Positions 28,486 through 37,875 of a stretch of 64,000 bases of DNA are shown piece after piece. The first letter of the stretch is position 1; every line of letters begins with the position of its first letter. The DNA is taken from positions 326,036-390,035 of the forward strand of contig CAVPRZ010000004.1 in NCBI GenBank assembly GCA_963708065.1, in the 5' to 3' direction. The notes beneath the pieces are model-generated. The model ran no database searches, had not been told where the DNA came from, and saw only the letters and a program-made list of their open reading frames with translations. Source of the stretch: an uncultured Chloroflexia bacterium. GTDB taxonomy: Bacteria > Chloroflexota > Limnocylindria > Limnocylindrales > CSP1-4. The position numbers were made by a program, and so were the translations under genes.

Positions 28486-29012
28486 CCGGCCGTCGGCCCG
28501 GTCCCGGTCTCCCGCTCCCAGGCCGCGCGGTCGTGGCGCAGGATCTCGAGGGCCCGCGCGCGGTCGCGCCAGCCGAGGACCTCGACGGTCTTGTCCTCGA
28601 GCAGCTTGTACGTCTCGAAGAAGTGCTCGATCTCGACGAGCCGGTGCGGCCGCATCTGGTCGACGTGCTCGATGTGGGCCTGGTTCGGGTCGCCGACCGC
28701 GACGCACAGGATCTTGAAGTCGGCGCCCTTCTCGTCGCGCATCTCGAGCACCCCGACCGGGCGGGCGTCGACGTGGCAGCCGGTGAAGGTCGGCTCGTCG
28801 ATGACCAGCAGGGCGTCGGTGTGGTCGCCGTCGTCGGCCCGCGTTCCCTCGATGAAGCCGTAGTCGAAGTTGTAGAAGACCGCCGAGCTCAGCACGCGAT
28901 CCAGCCGGAAGACGCCGGCCCGCTCGTCGTACTCGTACTTGTTGCGGCTGCCGCGCGGGATCTCGACGACGATCTCGACGAGCTCCGGGAACGGTCCCCT
29001 TGGATCGGCCAT
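28482..29012 (-). CDS. ppa: Inorganic pyrophosphatase (family I)
   Basis: Intact 176-aa ORF: VVEIPRGSRNKYEYD...YNFDYGFIEGT...DGDHTDALLV...DFKILCV. TATCGT lies 6 nt upstream of the ATG. Confidence 0.92.
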   Translation of the reverse strand: MADPRGPFPELVEIVVEIPRGSRNKYEYDERAGVFRLDRVLSSAVFYNFDYGFIEGTRADDGDHTDALLVIDEPTFTGCHVDARPVGVLEMRDEKGADFKILCVAVGDPNQAHIEHVDQMRPHRLVEIEHFFETYKLLEDKTVEVLGWRDRARALEILRHDRAAWERETGTGPTAG

Positions 29013-29018
29013 CCCCGA

Positions 29019-29024
29019 ACGATA
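29019..29024 (-). promoter_or_regulatory. -10 TATCGT (context GCTATCGT) 6 nt before the ppa ATG (leaderless)
   Basis: The minus strand reads ggggcGCTATCGTtcggggATG. Confidence 0.45.
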
Positions 29025-29093
29025 GCGCCCCGGACCGAGGACGGCCTCACCGGCCGTCGCCCAGCCGGGTCGATCGCCGGGGGATCCGGGCGA

Positions 29094-29816
29094 TCAGGCG
29101 CTCTCCGGTCCGGGGAAGAGCGGCTGGTTGGCGGCCTGGAGGGTCCGGATGCGACCCCGCCCATAGCGCACGTGGATCACGAACGAGACGAGGAACGCCA
29201 CGACGCCGGCGACGAAGATGACCGCCGGCACGAGGTCGACCAGGACGAGCGCGAAGGCCACGACCGTCGCCGCGAGCACCGAGTCCACCACGATGACGAC
29301 CGACGGGGTCGCCGCGAGGATGTGGGCGAACTGGGAGATGCCCGGCTCGAAGGCCATCGTTCGCACGACGCCGGTCGTGTCGTCGTGGACGCCCATCACG
29401 AAGAAGGGCGCCAGGTCGGGTGCGACCTGGAGATAGCCGGCCCGGATCCGGTTCATCCCGACGACGCACTGGGCGTCGTGGTAGTTCGACGTCCCGACCC
29501 GCAGGAAGGTGGTCACCCCGACGAACAGCACGACCGGCAGGATGACCAGCCCGAAGACGAAGAACGGCTGGCCGAAGCTCGCGCCCTGGCCGACGAGGGC
29601 GAGCGCCACGATCGCACCGGACAGCAGCGACAGGTACATCGCGACCCGGGAGAACGCCTCGTTCCAGGCGAGCGACCGGGTGGCCACCAGGCTCGAATGC
29701 TCGGCCGCGAGGATCTGCAGCCGCATCGCGGTCGTCAGCTCGCCGGTGCCGGGCACGACCATGCCGGCCGGGTTTGACTCGTGCGGGGCGGTCGGGCCCC
29801 CGGGCTGGGTGGACAT
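29094..29816 (-). CDS. Hypothetical 4-TM membrane protein
   Basis: Intact 240-aa ORF with hydrophobic segments VAMYLSLLSGAIVALALV, FFVFGLVILPVVLFVGVTTF, VVIVVDSVLAATVVAFALVLV and VIFVAGVVAFLVSFVI. GGAG lies upstream of the ATG. I recognise no family. Confidence 0.6.
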   Translation of the reverse strand: MSTQPGGPTAPHESNPAGMVVPGTGELTTAMRLQILAAEHSSLVATRSLAWNEAFSRVAMYLSLLSGAIVALALVGQGASFGQPFFVFGLVILPVVLFVGVTTFLRVGTSNYHDAQCVVGMNRIRAGYLQVAPDLAPFFVMGVHDDTTGVVRTMAFEPGISQFAHILAATPSVVIVVDSVLAATVVAFALVLVDLVPAVIFVAGVVAFLVSFVIHVRYGRGRIRTLQAANQPLFPGPESA

Positions 29817-29911
29817 CGGGCGCTCCAGCTGGACCGTTGGATCGCCCGAGCCTAGCGCCCATGCGGACGCGCCTCAAGCCGGAGCCGCCCAAGCCGGGTC
29901 GGCCCCGACGG

Positions 29912-30994
29912 CTAGTCGTTGTAGAGGCGCTCCTCGATCAGCTTCTCCTGCACCGTTCGGCCGTTCGGGTCGAAGCAGGAGAACTCGAAGTGCTTCTCGA
30001 ACTCGATGTCGATGTTGTCCTGGCCGCCGCGGTTCTTCTCGACCGAGACCACGATCCAGTCGCGGAAGCGCTGGGCCTGGTACGGGTTGAACTCGATGTT
30101 GACCTTGGCGACGATCTGGTACTTCTCGTTGAGGATCAGGATGATGTCGGCCTCGTAGTTGATCGCCGACGAGCCGCGCAGGTGGTGGTTGCGCAGGCGG
30201 GCCGCCTTGAGCCCCTCCTTGTCGGCCGCGACGATCGAGATCATCGGGACCTCCTCGGACAGGGCGACGTCCTTCAGGCCGTTGACGACGTAGGTCACCT
30301 TCTCCGACTCGGTCGGCGGCTCGGGGAAGACCGGCACCTTCTGCATGTAGTCGACGACGACCATCAGGCGTCGGTCGCCGGACAGCTCGCGGTGCTGCTG
30401 GACGAGCTTGCGCATGTTGTCGACCGTGCTGGCCGTCTGGGTCCCCCGGACGAGGAACAGGCTCTGGCCGTAGCGGGCGATCCGGTCGAGCGACGGGCGG
30501 AGGCGCGGGTTGTTCGTCAGCTGGGCCGAGCCCTGGCCCTCGGCCGCCCACGACCCGAGGATCTCCTTGCGGACGTCCTGGATCTTGATCGCGCCGGTCT
30601 TGTGGGGCAGGTGGGCGAGCGCCGACTCCATCGCGATGAGCCGGTTGAGGAGGTACTGCTCCTCGTGCTCGAAGCAGATGTACAGGACGTTGGCCTGGCC
30701 GCCCGAGGCGACGTTGCGCGCCATCTGGAGGGCCATCGTCGTCTTGCCGGTGCCCTGGGCGCCGCCGATCAGGAGGAGCTCGCCCGGCCGCAGGCCGGTG
30801 CCGATCGTCTTGTCGAGCGGGGTGAACCCGAGCGGGACCGGCTGGTATTCCCCGACCTTCCCGGTCGTGACCTTGTCATTGAGGTCGACCAGCACGTCGA
30901 GCGCCGAGCGCGGGTTCATGCTGCCGTTCGGGGTCTCCAGTCGCCAGGTCCCCTTGGGCGCGGCGGCGGTCGATTCGGCTGCCTCGGTGGTCAT
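29912..30994 (-). CDS. DnaB C-terminal (RecA-fold) domain ATPase lacking the DnaB N-terminal domain
   Basis: Intact 360-aa ORF: PLGFTPLDKTIGTGLRPGELLLIGGAQGTGKTTMALQMA (Walker A), LMVVVDYMQKV (Walker B) and LRGSSAINYEADIILIL (DnaB motif H4-like). Only about 60 aa precede the linker/ATPase region. Confidence 0.75.
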   Translation of the reverse strand: MTTEAAESTAAAPKGTWRLETPNGSMNPRSALDVLVDLNDKVTTGKVGEYQPVPLGFTPLDKTIGTGLRPGELLLIGGAQGTGKTTMALQMARNVASGGQANVLYICFEHEEQYLLNRLIAMESALAHLPHKTGAIKIQDVRKEILGSWAAEGQGSAQLTNNPRLRPSLDRIARYGQSLFLVRGTQTASTVDNMRKLVQQHRELSGDRRLMVVVDYMQKVPVFPEPPTESEKVTYVVNGLKDVALSEEVPMISIVAADKEGLKAARLRNHHLRGSSAINYEADIILILNEKYQIVAKVNIEFNPYQAQRFRDWIVVSVEKNRGGQDNIDIEFEKHFEFSCFDPNGRTVQEKLIEERLYND

Positions 30995-31048
30995 CGAGTC
31001 AAGGTCCTCTAGGTGTTTGCGGAAGCGGCCAAGTGAAGACGTGGCGGC

Positions 31049-31057
31049 ACTCTAGCA
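31049..31057 (-). promoter_or_regulatory. Extended -10 TGCTAGAGT about 55 nt upstream of the DnaB-C-like ATPase gene
   Basis: The minus strand reads gagccggTGCTAGAGTgccgcc. The ccggTGCTAGA context is shared with the topA element. Confidence 0.4.
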
Positions 31058-31113
31058 CCGGCTCCCAGCCGAATCACCCGACCATTCCTCACATATCCAA
31101 CCACCCAAAAGGG

Positions 31114-32498
31114 CTATGGCCTGGCGGCCGCCAGCTCGTCGAAATAGCGCACGACCGCCCGGATCCCGGCCTCGAAGTTGGTGAGGTCCATCCACTCGTT
31201 CGGGGCGTGGAAGTTGCCGTCCGGGGGCGTGAAGCCCATGAGCACGACCGGCAGCCCGAGGACACCCTCGAACGTGGCCACGAACGGGATCGACCCACCC
31301 TCGCGGATGTAGAGCGGGGCCCGGCCGAAGGTCGCCTCGAGCGCCCGGGCGGCGGCCCTGACCGCCGGGTGGTCGATCGAGGTGCGGACCGGGAGCCCAC
31401 CGCCGAGATCGCTGACGACGACCCGGACCCCGGGCGGCGCGATCTCCTCCACGAAGACCCGGAGCTGCTCGAAGATCCGCTCGGGCCGCTGGTCCGGCAC
31501 GAGCCGGCAGCTGATCTTGGCGGTGGCCCGGCCGGGGATGATGGTCTTCGTCCCGGAGCCCAGGTAGCCGCCCCAGATCCCGTTGACGTCGAGGGTCGGC
31601 CGGCCGGTCTTGCGCTCGAGCGTGCCGTAGCCGGCCTCACCCACGAGCTCGGGCACCCCGAGCGCGGCCCGGAAGCGCTCCTCGTCGAACGGGAGGGCCG
31701 CGTAGGCCGCGAGATCGGCCTCGCTGAGCGGGACGACGTCGTCGTAGAAGCCGGGGATCCGGATCCGACCGTCCGGCCCCATGAGCGCGCGATGATCGTG
31801 GCCAGCGCGTTCGCCGGGTTCGCGATCGCACCGCCGTAGACACCGGAGTGGACGTCCTGGAACGGGCCGGTCACCTCGATCTGGGCGTACATCAGGCCGC
31901 GCAGCCCGATCGTCAGCGCGGGCAGGTTGCCCTCGAAGAAGCCGACGTCGCTGACGACAGCGAGATCGCCGGTCAGCCGCTCCCGGTTGGCCACGAGCCA
32001 CGGCTCGAGGTGGACCGACGACGACTCCTCCTCGCCCTCGAACACGAAGCGCAGGTTGACCGGGAGCCGGCCGCGGGTGGTGAGGAGCGCCTCGACCGCC
32101 TGGATGAAGATCGTGATGTTGCTCTTGTCGTCGCTCGCCCCACGGGCCAGGACGCGCGACCCGACGACGGCCGGCTCGAACGGCGGCGACGTCCACTCGC
32201 CGAGCGGGTCGACCGGCTGGACGTCGTAGTGGCCGTAGACCACGACCGTCGGCGCCCCCTCGGCCCCGAGCCAGTCGCCGTAGACGATCGGATGGCCGCC
32301 GGTCGGCGACGCCTCGACGTGGTCCATCCCGATCGTCTCGAGCCGGGCGACGAGCCAGTCGGCGGCGCGCTGGCAGTCGGCCGCGTACTCCGGCTCGGCC
32401 GAGATGCTCGGGATGCGCAGGAAGTCCAGGTAGTCCTCGAGGCGACGGTCGCGGCTGGCTTCGAGCTGGGCCTCGACGGCGGTGTCGGTCTGGAGCAT
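31114..32498 (-). CDS. M20-family dipeptidase (ArgE/DapE/ACY1/CPG2 family), one frame break near 31790
   Basis: LEDYLDFLRIPSISAEPEY...VVVYGHYDVQP...ARGASDDKSN...FVFEGEEESSS (ORF 31089..32498) is followed by LMGPDGRIRIPGFYDDV...IREGGSIPFV...NFHAPNEWMDL (tail of ORF 31114..32832). Confidence 0.85.
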
Positions 32499-32603
32499 CG
32501 GTCCTCCGGGTTGGGTCGGCGTCGCGGGACGTGGGGGTCAGCGAATCGTAGCGCGCGGCGACCCGGGCCGGCGCGCAAGAGCCCGGAGCCCGGCCGGAAT
32601 CGA

Positions 32604-32631
32604 GACGGGCGAGCCGTTCGGCTCGCCCGTC
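32604..32631 (-). terminator. Perfect 12-bp GC-rich hairpin 23 nt downstream of the ftsH stop
   Basis: Plus-strand sequence gacgggcgagcc gttc ggctcgcccgtc. There is no U-tract. Confidence 0.6.
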
Positions 32632-32653
32632 CAGGGTGCGAAAGGATGCCCGA

Positions 32654-34577
32654 TCAGATCGGGGTGGGTGCCGGCGTCGGTGTCTGCGACGGATCGGCCT
32701 CGCCCGGCTCCGGCGCGACGACGCCCGGGATCTGGCCGTGGATGTTCGTCTTCGGCGGGAGGTCGCTGAACAGGGCCTCGAAGTCGGGGCCGTCGACGGT
32801 CTCTTCGGCGACGAGCTTCTCGGCCAGCGCATCGAGCTTCGCCCGATGGGTGACCAGGACGTCCATCGCCCGCTCGTAGGCCCGGTCGATGATCGCCCGG
32901 ACCTCCTCGTCGATCGTCTTGGCGACGTCGTCGGAGTAGTTCCGCTGCTCGCCGATCTCCCGGCCGAGGAACACGAGCTCGTCGCGCTTCCCGAACGAGA
33001 GCGGGCCGAGGCGGTCGCTCATGCCGTACTCGGTGACCATCCGGCGGGCCCGGTCGGTGGCCTTCTCGATGTCGTTCGAGGAGCCGGTGGTCGTGTCACC
33101 GAAGACGAGCCGCTCCGCGGCGTTCCCGCCGAGCATGCCGGCGATCTCGTCCTCGAACTCGGACTTGCTCTTGAGGTAGCGGTCCTCGGTCGGCAGGCCC
33201 ATCGTGTAGCCGAGGGCCAGGCCGCGGCTGATGATCGTCACCTTCTGGACCGGGTCGCACTTCGGCAGGACCCGCATGATGACGGCGTGGCCGCCCTCGT
33301 GGTAGGCGATGATCTTCTTCTCGGCGTCGCTGATCACCCGGCTGCGCCGCTCCGGGCCGGCGACGATCCGCTCGAGCGCCTCCTGGAACTCGGACATCCC
33401 GATGACCTTCTTGTTCCGCCGGGCGGACAGGATCGCCGCCTCGTTGACGAGGTTGGCCAGGTCCGCCCCGGAGAAGCCCGGGCGACTGCTTGGCGATGCC
33501 CTCGACGTCGACCGACTTGTCGAGCGGCTTGCCCTTCGTGTGGACCTTGAGGATCGCCGTCCGGCCCTTCATGTCCGGGCGGTCGAGGATGACCTGGCGG
33601 TCGAACCGGCCCGGCCGCAGGAGGGCCGGGTCGAGGACGTCGGGGCGGTTCGTGGCGGCCACGACGATGACGTTCGTGTTCGTGTCGAAGCCGTCCATCT
33701 CGACGAGGATCTGGTTGAGGGTCTGCTCACGCTCGTCGTGCGACCCGCCGAGGCCGGCGCCGCGCTGGCGGCCGACCGCGTCGATCTCGTCGACGAAGAC
33801 GATGCACGGGCTGTTCCGCTTGGCCTGGTCGAACAGGTCGCGGACGCGGCTCGCGCCGACGCCGACGAACATCTCGACGAACTCCGAGCCGGAGATCGAG
33901 AAGAACGGCACGCCCGCCTCCCCGGCCACCGCCCGGGCCATGAGCGTCTTGCCGGTGCCGGGAGGTCCGACGAGGAGCACGCCGCGCGGGATGCGCGCCC
34001 CGAGCGAGTTGAACTTCTCGGGGTACTTGAGGAACTCGACGACTTCCTGGAGCTCGGTCTTCGCCTCGTCGACCCCGGCCACGTCGTTGAACGTGACCAC
34101 GGTCTTGTTGCCGAGGAACATCCGGGCCCGGCTCTTGCCGAAGCTCAGGGCCTGGTTATTCGTGCCCTGGGCCTGGCGCATCATGAACAGGATGAACCCG
34201 ACGATCACGATCAGCGGCAGGAGGCCGGTGATCAGGATACCCAGCCACGAGGTGTCGGGCGCCTCCTTGGCCGTGTAGACCTTGGAGTCGAGGGTGACGC
34301 CGCCGACCTTGGCGGCCGCCAGCATGTCCGGGTAGACCTGGGTCAGGACGGTCGGAACGGTGACCGTGTACGTCACGCCGTCCTTGGTGGTGACGGTCAG
34401 CGAGCTCTGCTGCTGCGCGACGGTCTGGATCTTCCCGTTCTGGACGTCGTTGAGGAACTGGGAGTAGCCGATGGAATTGCTGGGGGTGGAGCTGGTGAGC
34501 CAGGTCCACAGGAGCGCGAGCGTCCCGATGATCAGGACGAGCATCACGATCCCGTTCCGGGCGAACTTTGCGTTCAA
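32654..34577 (-). CDS. ftsH: ATP-dependent zinc metalloprotease FtsH, one frame break near 33480
   Basis: TTG start with GGAGG 9 nt upstream. [41 protein letters not shown] and [20 protein letters not shown] are in ORF 33096..34577. After an extra G in cccggg (33478-33483), the sequence continues [14 protein letters not shown]...HEGGHAV... in ORF 32654..33397. Confidence 0.93.
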
Positions 34578-34717
34578 GTAGAGGAGCCTCCGGATCGAGC
34601 GTGGGAACGGCGTGTCCGACGCCGCCCGCAGCGAGGAGTATAGCGTCCGACTCCGAACGGGCCCGATGACCCATCGGTACCGCCTTCACCATCAGTACGC
34701 GGTGCGGTCGGCGGCGG

Positions 34718-35248
34718 ATGGCCGACCCGCCGATTGACGAGGTTACCCGGATGAACTCGATCGTTCGCGACCATCTCCCGGCGACGTACTTCGCCGAGTA
34801 TCAGCTGCTCCGGAACCAGCTCACGGACCTGCTCGCCGACGACGACCTGGCCTTCCGGCCCGGGCCCGGGACGGCCAGCCTGGGCGAGCTGTGCCGGGAG
34901 ATCGGTGACATCGAGTCCTCCTACGTCGAGGCCTTCAGGACGTTCCGCCAGTCCTTCGACTGGCGGAACCCCGATCCGCTCATGGAACGGAGCGTGGCGG
35001 CACTCAAGGCCTGGTACGCGGATCTCGACCGGGACCTCCTTGCCGCCCTCGAGGCGCTGACCGAGGACGACATCGCCAACCGTCGGATCAAGCGAGGCGA
35101 TTTCGACGTCGACGACTTCTCACCGCTCGCGGCGCAGGAGCTCGACATCTACCGGGAGGCCCTGCTGATCTTCTACGGCAAGGTCAGCATCTACCTGCGA
35201 GCGATGGGCAGGGAGCTGCCGCGGCACTGGCAGGCGTGGATCGGCTGA
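34718..35248 (+). CDS. Hypothetical protein, possibly a DinB-like helical bundle
   Basis: Intact 176-aa ORF with non-biased composition. The family assignment is only an impression. An alternative start is the Met at 34751. Confidence 0.5.
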   Translation: MADPPIDEVTRMNSIVRDHLPATYFAEYQLLRNQLTDLLADDDLAFRPGPGTASLGELCREIGDIESSYVEAFRTFRQSFDWRNPDPLMERSVAALKAWYADLDRDLLAALEALTEDDIANRRIKRGDFDVDDFSPLAAQELDIYREALLIFYGKVSIYLRAMGRELPRHWQAWIG

Positions 35249-35290
35249 CTTCGAGCGCTGAGCGCGAGCCCGGCGACGCCACCGAGGGGG

Positions 35291-35365
35291 TGGTAGCGGA
35301 GGGCGGATTCGAACCACCGACCAAGGGCTTATGAGTCCCCTGCTCTACCACTGAGCTACTCCGCC
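35291..35365 (-). tRNA. tRNA-Met (anticodon CAT), CCA encoded
   Basis: The reverse complement reads GGCGGAG TA GCTC AGTGGTA GAGC A GGGGA CTCATAA GCCCT TGGTC GGTGG TTCGAAT CCGCC CTCCGCT A CCA. This is a cloverleaf with a GTTCGAATC T-loop. It has a G1-U72 wobble and an A31/G39 mismatch. Elongator Met versus Ile2 (lysidine) cannot be decided. The initiator is unlikely. Confidence 0.85.
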
Positions 35366-35415
35366 ACGACCACGGATCGTACCGCAAGACGGTCCTCTCT
35401 GACGATCGTCGGGGG

Positions 35416-35443
35416 TTGAGGCTCGAGGGCCCCGGAGTAGGCT
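35416..35443 (+). promoter_or_regulatory. Promoter: -35 TTGAGG, 16-nt spacer, -10 TAGGCT, 8 nt before ATG 35452 (leaderless mRNA predicted)
   Basis: ttgagg (35416-35421) and taggct (35438-35443). No Shine-Dalgarno sequence lies before the ATG. Confidence 0.5.
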
Positions 35444-35451
35444 GTCGGGCC

Positions 35452-37191
35452 ATGACGATCATCGCCCCGAGCATGCCCCAGGAGCCGGCGGCGGAGCCCC
35501 CGCCCCGGCCCCGACGCCGGTCGCGGGCGGCCGAGAAGGACGGCTCAGGGCCGCCGGTCGGGATCGTGTTCGTCCACGGGATCGGCTCGCAGCGGCCGGG
35601 CGAGACGCTGCTCGACTGGTCCCGCCCGCTCATCAAGCTGCTGACCGAGTGGCGCACCGCCCACGGCCTCCCGCCCGACCCGGTGATCACGAGCGACGTC
35701 GACTTCTCGGGGGCGAGCCTCCCCACGATCGAGCTCGCCATCCCGGCCGGGCCGGTGGGGCCGAACGACGAGCCGGCACCGGCCCAGCGCTGGATCATGA
35801 CCGAAGCCTGGTGGGCGGCCCGCGTCCAGCCACCCAGCCTGGGCACGATGACCCGCTGGCTGAGCGACGACTTCGGGCGCGTCGTCGAGGGCATCAAGCA
35901 GGGCTTCAAGGACCGGACCGACGACGACCGCCGGCGGCGCGCGCTGCTCCGCCTGACCGAAGCCCACGACCGGCTGGCGGCGGCCGGCATCGACGAGCGG
36001 CGCTGGGCCTGGATCGACCGCCTCGACCGCCTCCAGGCGCGCGCCCTTTCGCTCGCGCTGGGGGCGGCCTGGGTGATCGGGACGATCCTGCTCGTGCCGT
36101 ACGCCGCGCTCCGGGCATTGCCGTTCAAGGCGCTCCGCGACGCGATCGGCCTGCGCCAGCTCGACTCGTTTCTGGTCGACTGGTTCGGCGACATGCGGAT
36201 CCTGCTGTACGACCAGGCCCAGGCGGCGAACATCCGGGCCCGGCTGGCCGACGCGGTGGCCCAGCTGGTCGCCCGGGGCTGCGGCCCAATCGTCGTCGTG
36301 GCGCACTCGGGCGGAGCCGTCGTCAGCTTCACGACGCTGACCGATCCGGGCCACCCGCCGCTCCCGGTGACGAAGCTGGTCACGCTCGGCCAGGGACTCG
36401 ACCTCGCCTGGCGCCTCGAGAACGCGTGGCGCGGGCTGCCACCCGGCGACCGGCTCATCCCGAAGCTCGACGGCCTTGCCTGGGCCGAGCGCTGGGTCGA
36501 CTTCTGGGCGTCGTATGACCCGGCGACGGGCGGTCCGCTCGAGCCGCCGGACGGCGTCGCGGCGAAGCCCGACGAAGTAGCGATCCGCAACCGGATGAGC
36601 CTCCTCGAGGACCACGGCACCTACTGGGAGAACGACGAGGAGTTCCTCATCCCGCTCCTTCGTGAGCTCGACACGCCCGAGGGCCCGCCGTCGCGGTCGC
36701 GCTTCTTCCGCGATCGGGAGAGCGAGCTGATCCGGGTCGAACGGCGCCGCCAGCGGGTCGGCATCCTGGCCGCCTGGCGTTGGGTCTGCCTGGTCGCCGG
36801 GACGGTCGCGATCGGCGGCGCCACGATCCACGCGGCGCTCCTCCATGGCGACCGGCTGCGCCGGCTCGGCGAGACGATCGCGGACGTCTGGGGCGCGATC
36901 CCCGGGGCTGCGCTGCTGACGAGCCCGATCGACTGGTTTGCCGGGCTGCGGGCCTGGCCGGGCTGGCTGCCGACGACCGGCGAGTGGCTCCTCGGGGTCC
37001 TCCTCGTCGTCCTCGTCTTCGTCATCCTGCTCCGGGTCGGGATCGGACGCTGGGAGGCCTGGGACGCGACCGAGCGCTGGCTGGCCCGGTCCGAACCACC
37101 GCAACCGCCCGACCGCGACGGGGTCGCCCTCCAGGCCGCCGTCCTCGGCGGGCTGGCCGTAGCGCTGGCCGTGGTCGTCGCCCTGAGCTGA
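35452..37191 (+). CDS. Alpha/beta-hydrolase-like protein with internal and C-terminal TM segments
   Basis: Intact ORF (the track starts at TTG 35416; I prefer ATG 35452, 8 nt after the -10 TAGGCT). VGIVFVHGIGSQRPGE; nucleophile-elbow-like VVVAHSGGAVVS; later DFWASYDP and LEDHGTYWEN could be the acid and His. TM segments LSLALGAAWVIGTILLVPYAAL, VGILAAWRWVCLVAGTVAIGGA, LLGVLLVVLVFVILL and AAVLGGLAVALAVVVAL. Confidence 0.65.
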   Translation: MTIIAPSMPQEPAAEPPPRPRRRSRAAEKDGSGPPVGIVFVHGIGSQRPGETLLDWSRPLIKLLTEWRTAHGLPPDPVITSDVDFSGASLPTIELAIPAGPVGPNDEPAPAQRWIMTEAWWAARVQPPSLGTMTRWLSDDFGRVVEGIKQGFKDRTDDDRRRRALLRLTEAHDRLAAAGIDERRWAWIDRLDRLQARALSLALGAAWVIGTILLVPYAALRALPFKALRDAIGLRQLDSFLVDWFGDMRILLYDQAQAANIRARLADAVAQLVARGCGPIVVVAHSGGAVVSFTTLTDPGHPPLPVTKLVTLGQGLDLAWRLENAWRGLPPGDRLIPKLDGLAWAERWVDFWASYDPATGGPLEPPDGVAAKPDEVAIRNRMSLLEDHGTYWENDEEFLIPLLRELDTPEGPPSRSRFFRDRESELIRVERRRQRVGILAAWRWVCLVAGTVAIGGATIHAALLHGDRLRRLGETIADVWGAIPGAALLTSPIDWFAGLRAWPGWLPTTGEWLLGVLLVVLVFVILLRVGIGRWEAWDATERWLARSEPPQPPDRDGVALQAAVLGGLAVALAVVVALS

Positions 37192-37221
37192 GGCTCCCTT
37201 CGGAACCCGCGGGCTCGGAGG

Positions 37222-37738
37222 TCAGTGACTCGGGCCGAACAGCAGCTCGAGCCAGACGTCGATGCGGCGCGGTCCGCACAGGGCGCGCGCCGAGCCGGAC
37301 CCCGGCCGAGCCGGGGGCGTCGGCGGGCAGCGGCGAGGCGTCGGGGCCGAGCGTGAACGGCCGCTCGCCGCGCGTCCCGAGGCCCTGAGCGCGGGCCTCC
37401 TGCTCGACGAACGCCTGGCGCTGCACGAGGTCGAGCTCGCGCTCGAGCTCGTCGACCTGGCTGGCGAGGCTGACGTTGTCGACCCGCAGGCGGTCGGCCC
37501 GGTCCGAGGCCGCCGCGACGTCCACCACCTGCCGGGTGAAGACCGCGACGACCCAGATGGACACGATCGCCGCGAGGGTCCAGGCCACCCGCCGGCGGGT
37601 GATCCCGGCGATCGGCAGGCCGGCCAGATCGGGGGCCGCGGGTCGCGGCACCGGGTCGGGGCGGGTCTTCGGCCGGGGGCGCTCGGGCTCCCCGGAGGGG
37701 TCGGGCAGCTCGGGCTGCGGGTTGCCGGGGAACTCCAT
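37222..37738 (-). CDS. Septum formation initiator FtsB/DivIC-like protein; C-terminus probably frame-shifted
   Basis: MEFPGNPQPELP...RRRVAWTLAAIVSIWVVAVFT (TM), followed by a coiled coil (RADRLRVDNVSLASQVDELERELDLVQRQAFVEQEARAQGLG). The uninterrupted frame (to 37022) would overlap the convergent gene by 170 nt. A one-base shift between about 37260 and 37330 gives a stop at 37222. Confidence 0.6.
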
Positions 37739-37875
37739 CGTCGCCCGAGCCTAGCTGCGGTCCCCGGGGCTGTCAACTCGGCGGCGCGTGCCAGCCGAGC
37801 TGTCACACGCGGGACCGACGGTGGAGTAGACTCCGCTCGTTTCGCACATCCGTTCGATATCGGAGGCTTCGATCG

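Noticed and set aside
35184-36620. 478-aa minus-strand ORF overlapping the tRNA gene and the hydrolase-like gene.
   Set aside because: It is Ser/Arg/Pro/Ala-rich with no motifs, it runs antisense to a well-formed 579-aa gene, and it reads through a tRNA. It is a GC artefact.
37022-37221. Long C-terminal extension of the FtsB-like protein, overlapping the convergent gene by 170 nt.
   Set aside because: The extension is Arg/Pro/Gly-rich pseudo-sequence. A one-base shift gives a plausible end (…RRIDVWLELLFGPSH) at 37222, 30 nt from the convergent stop.
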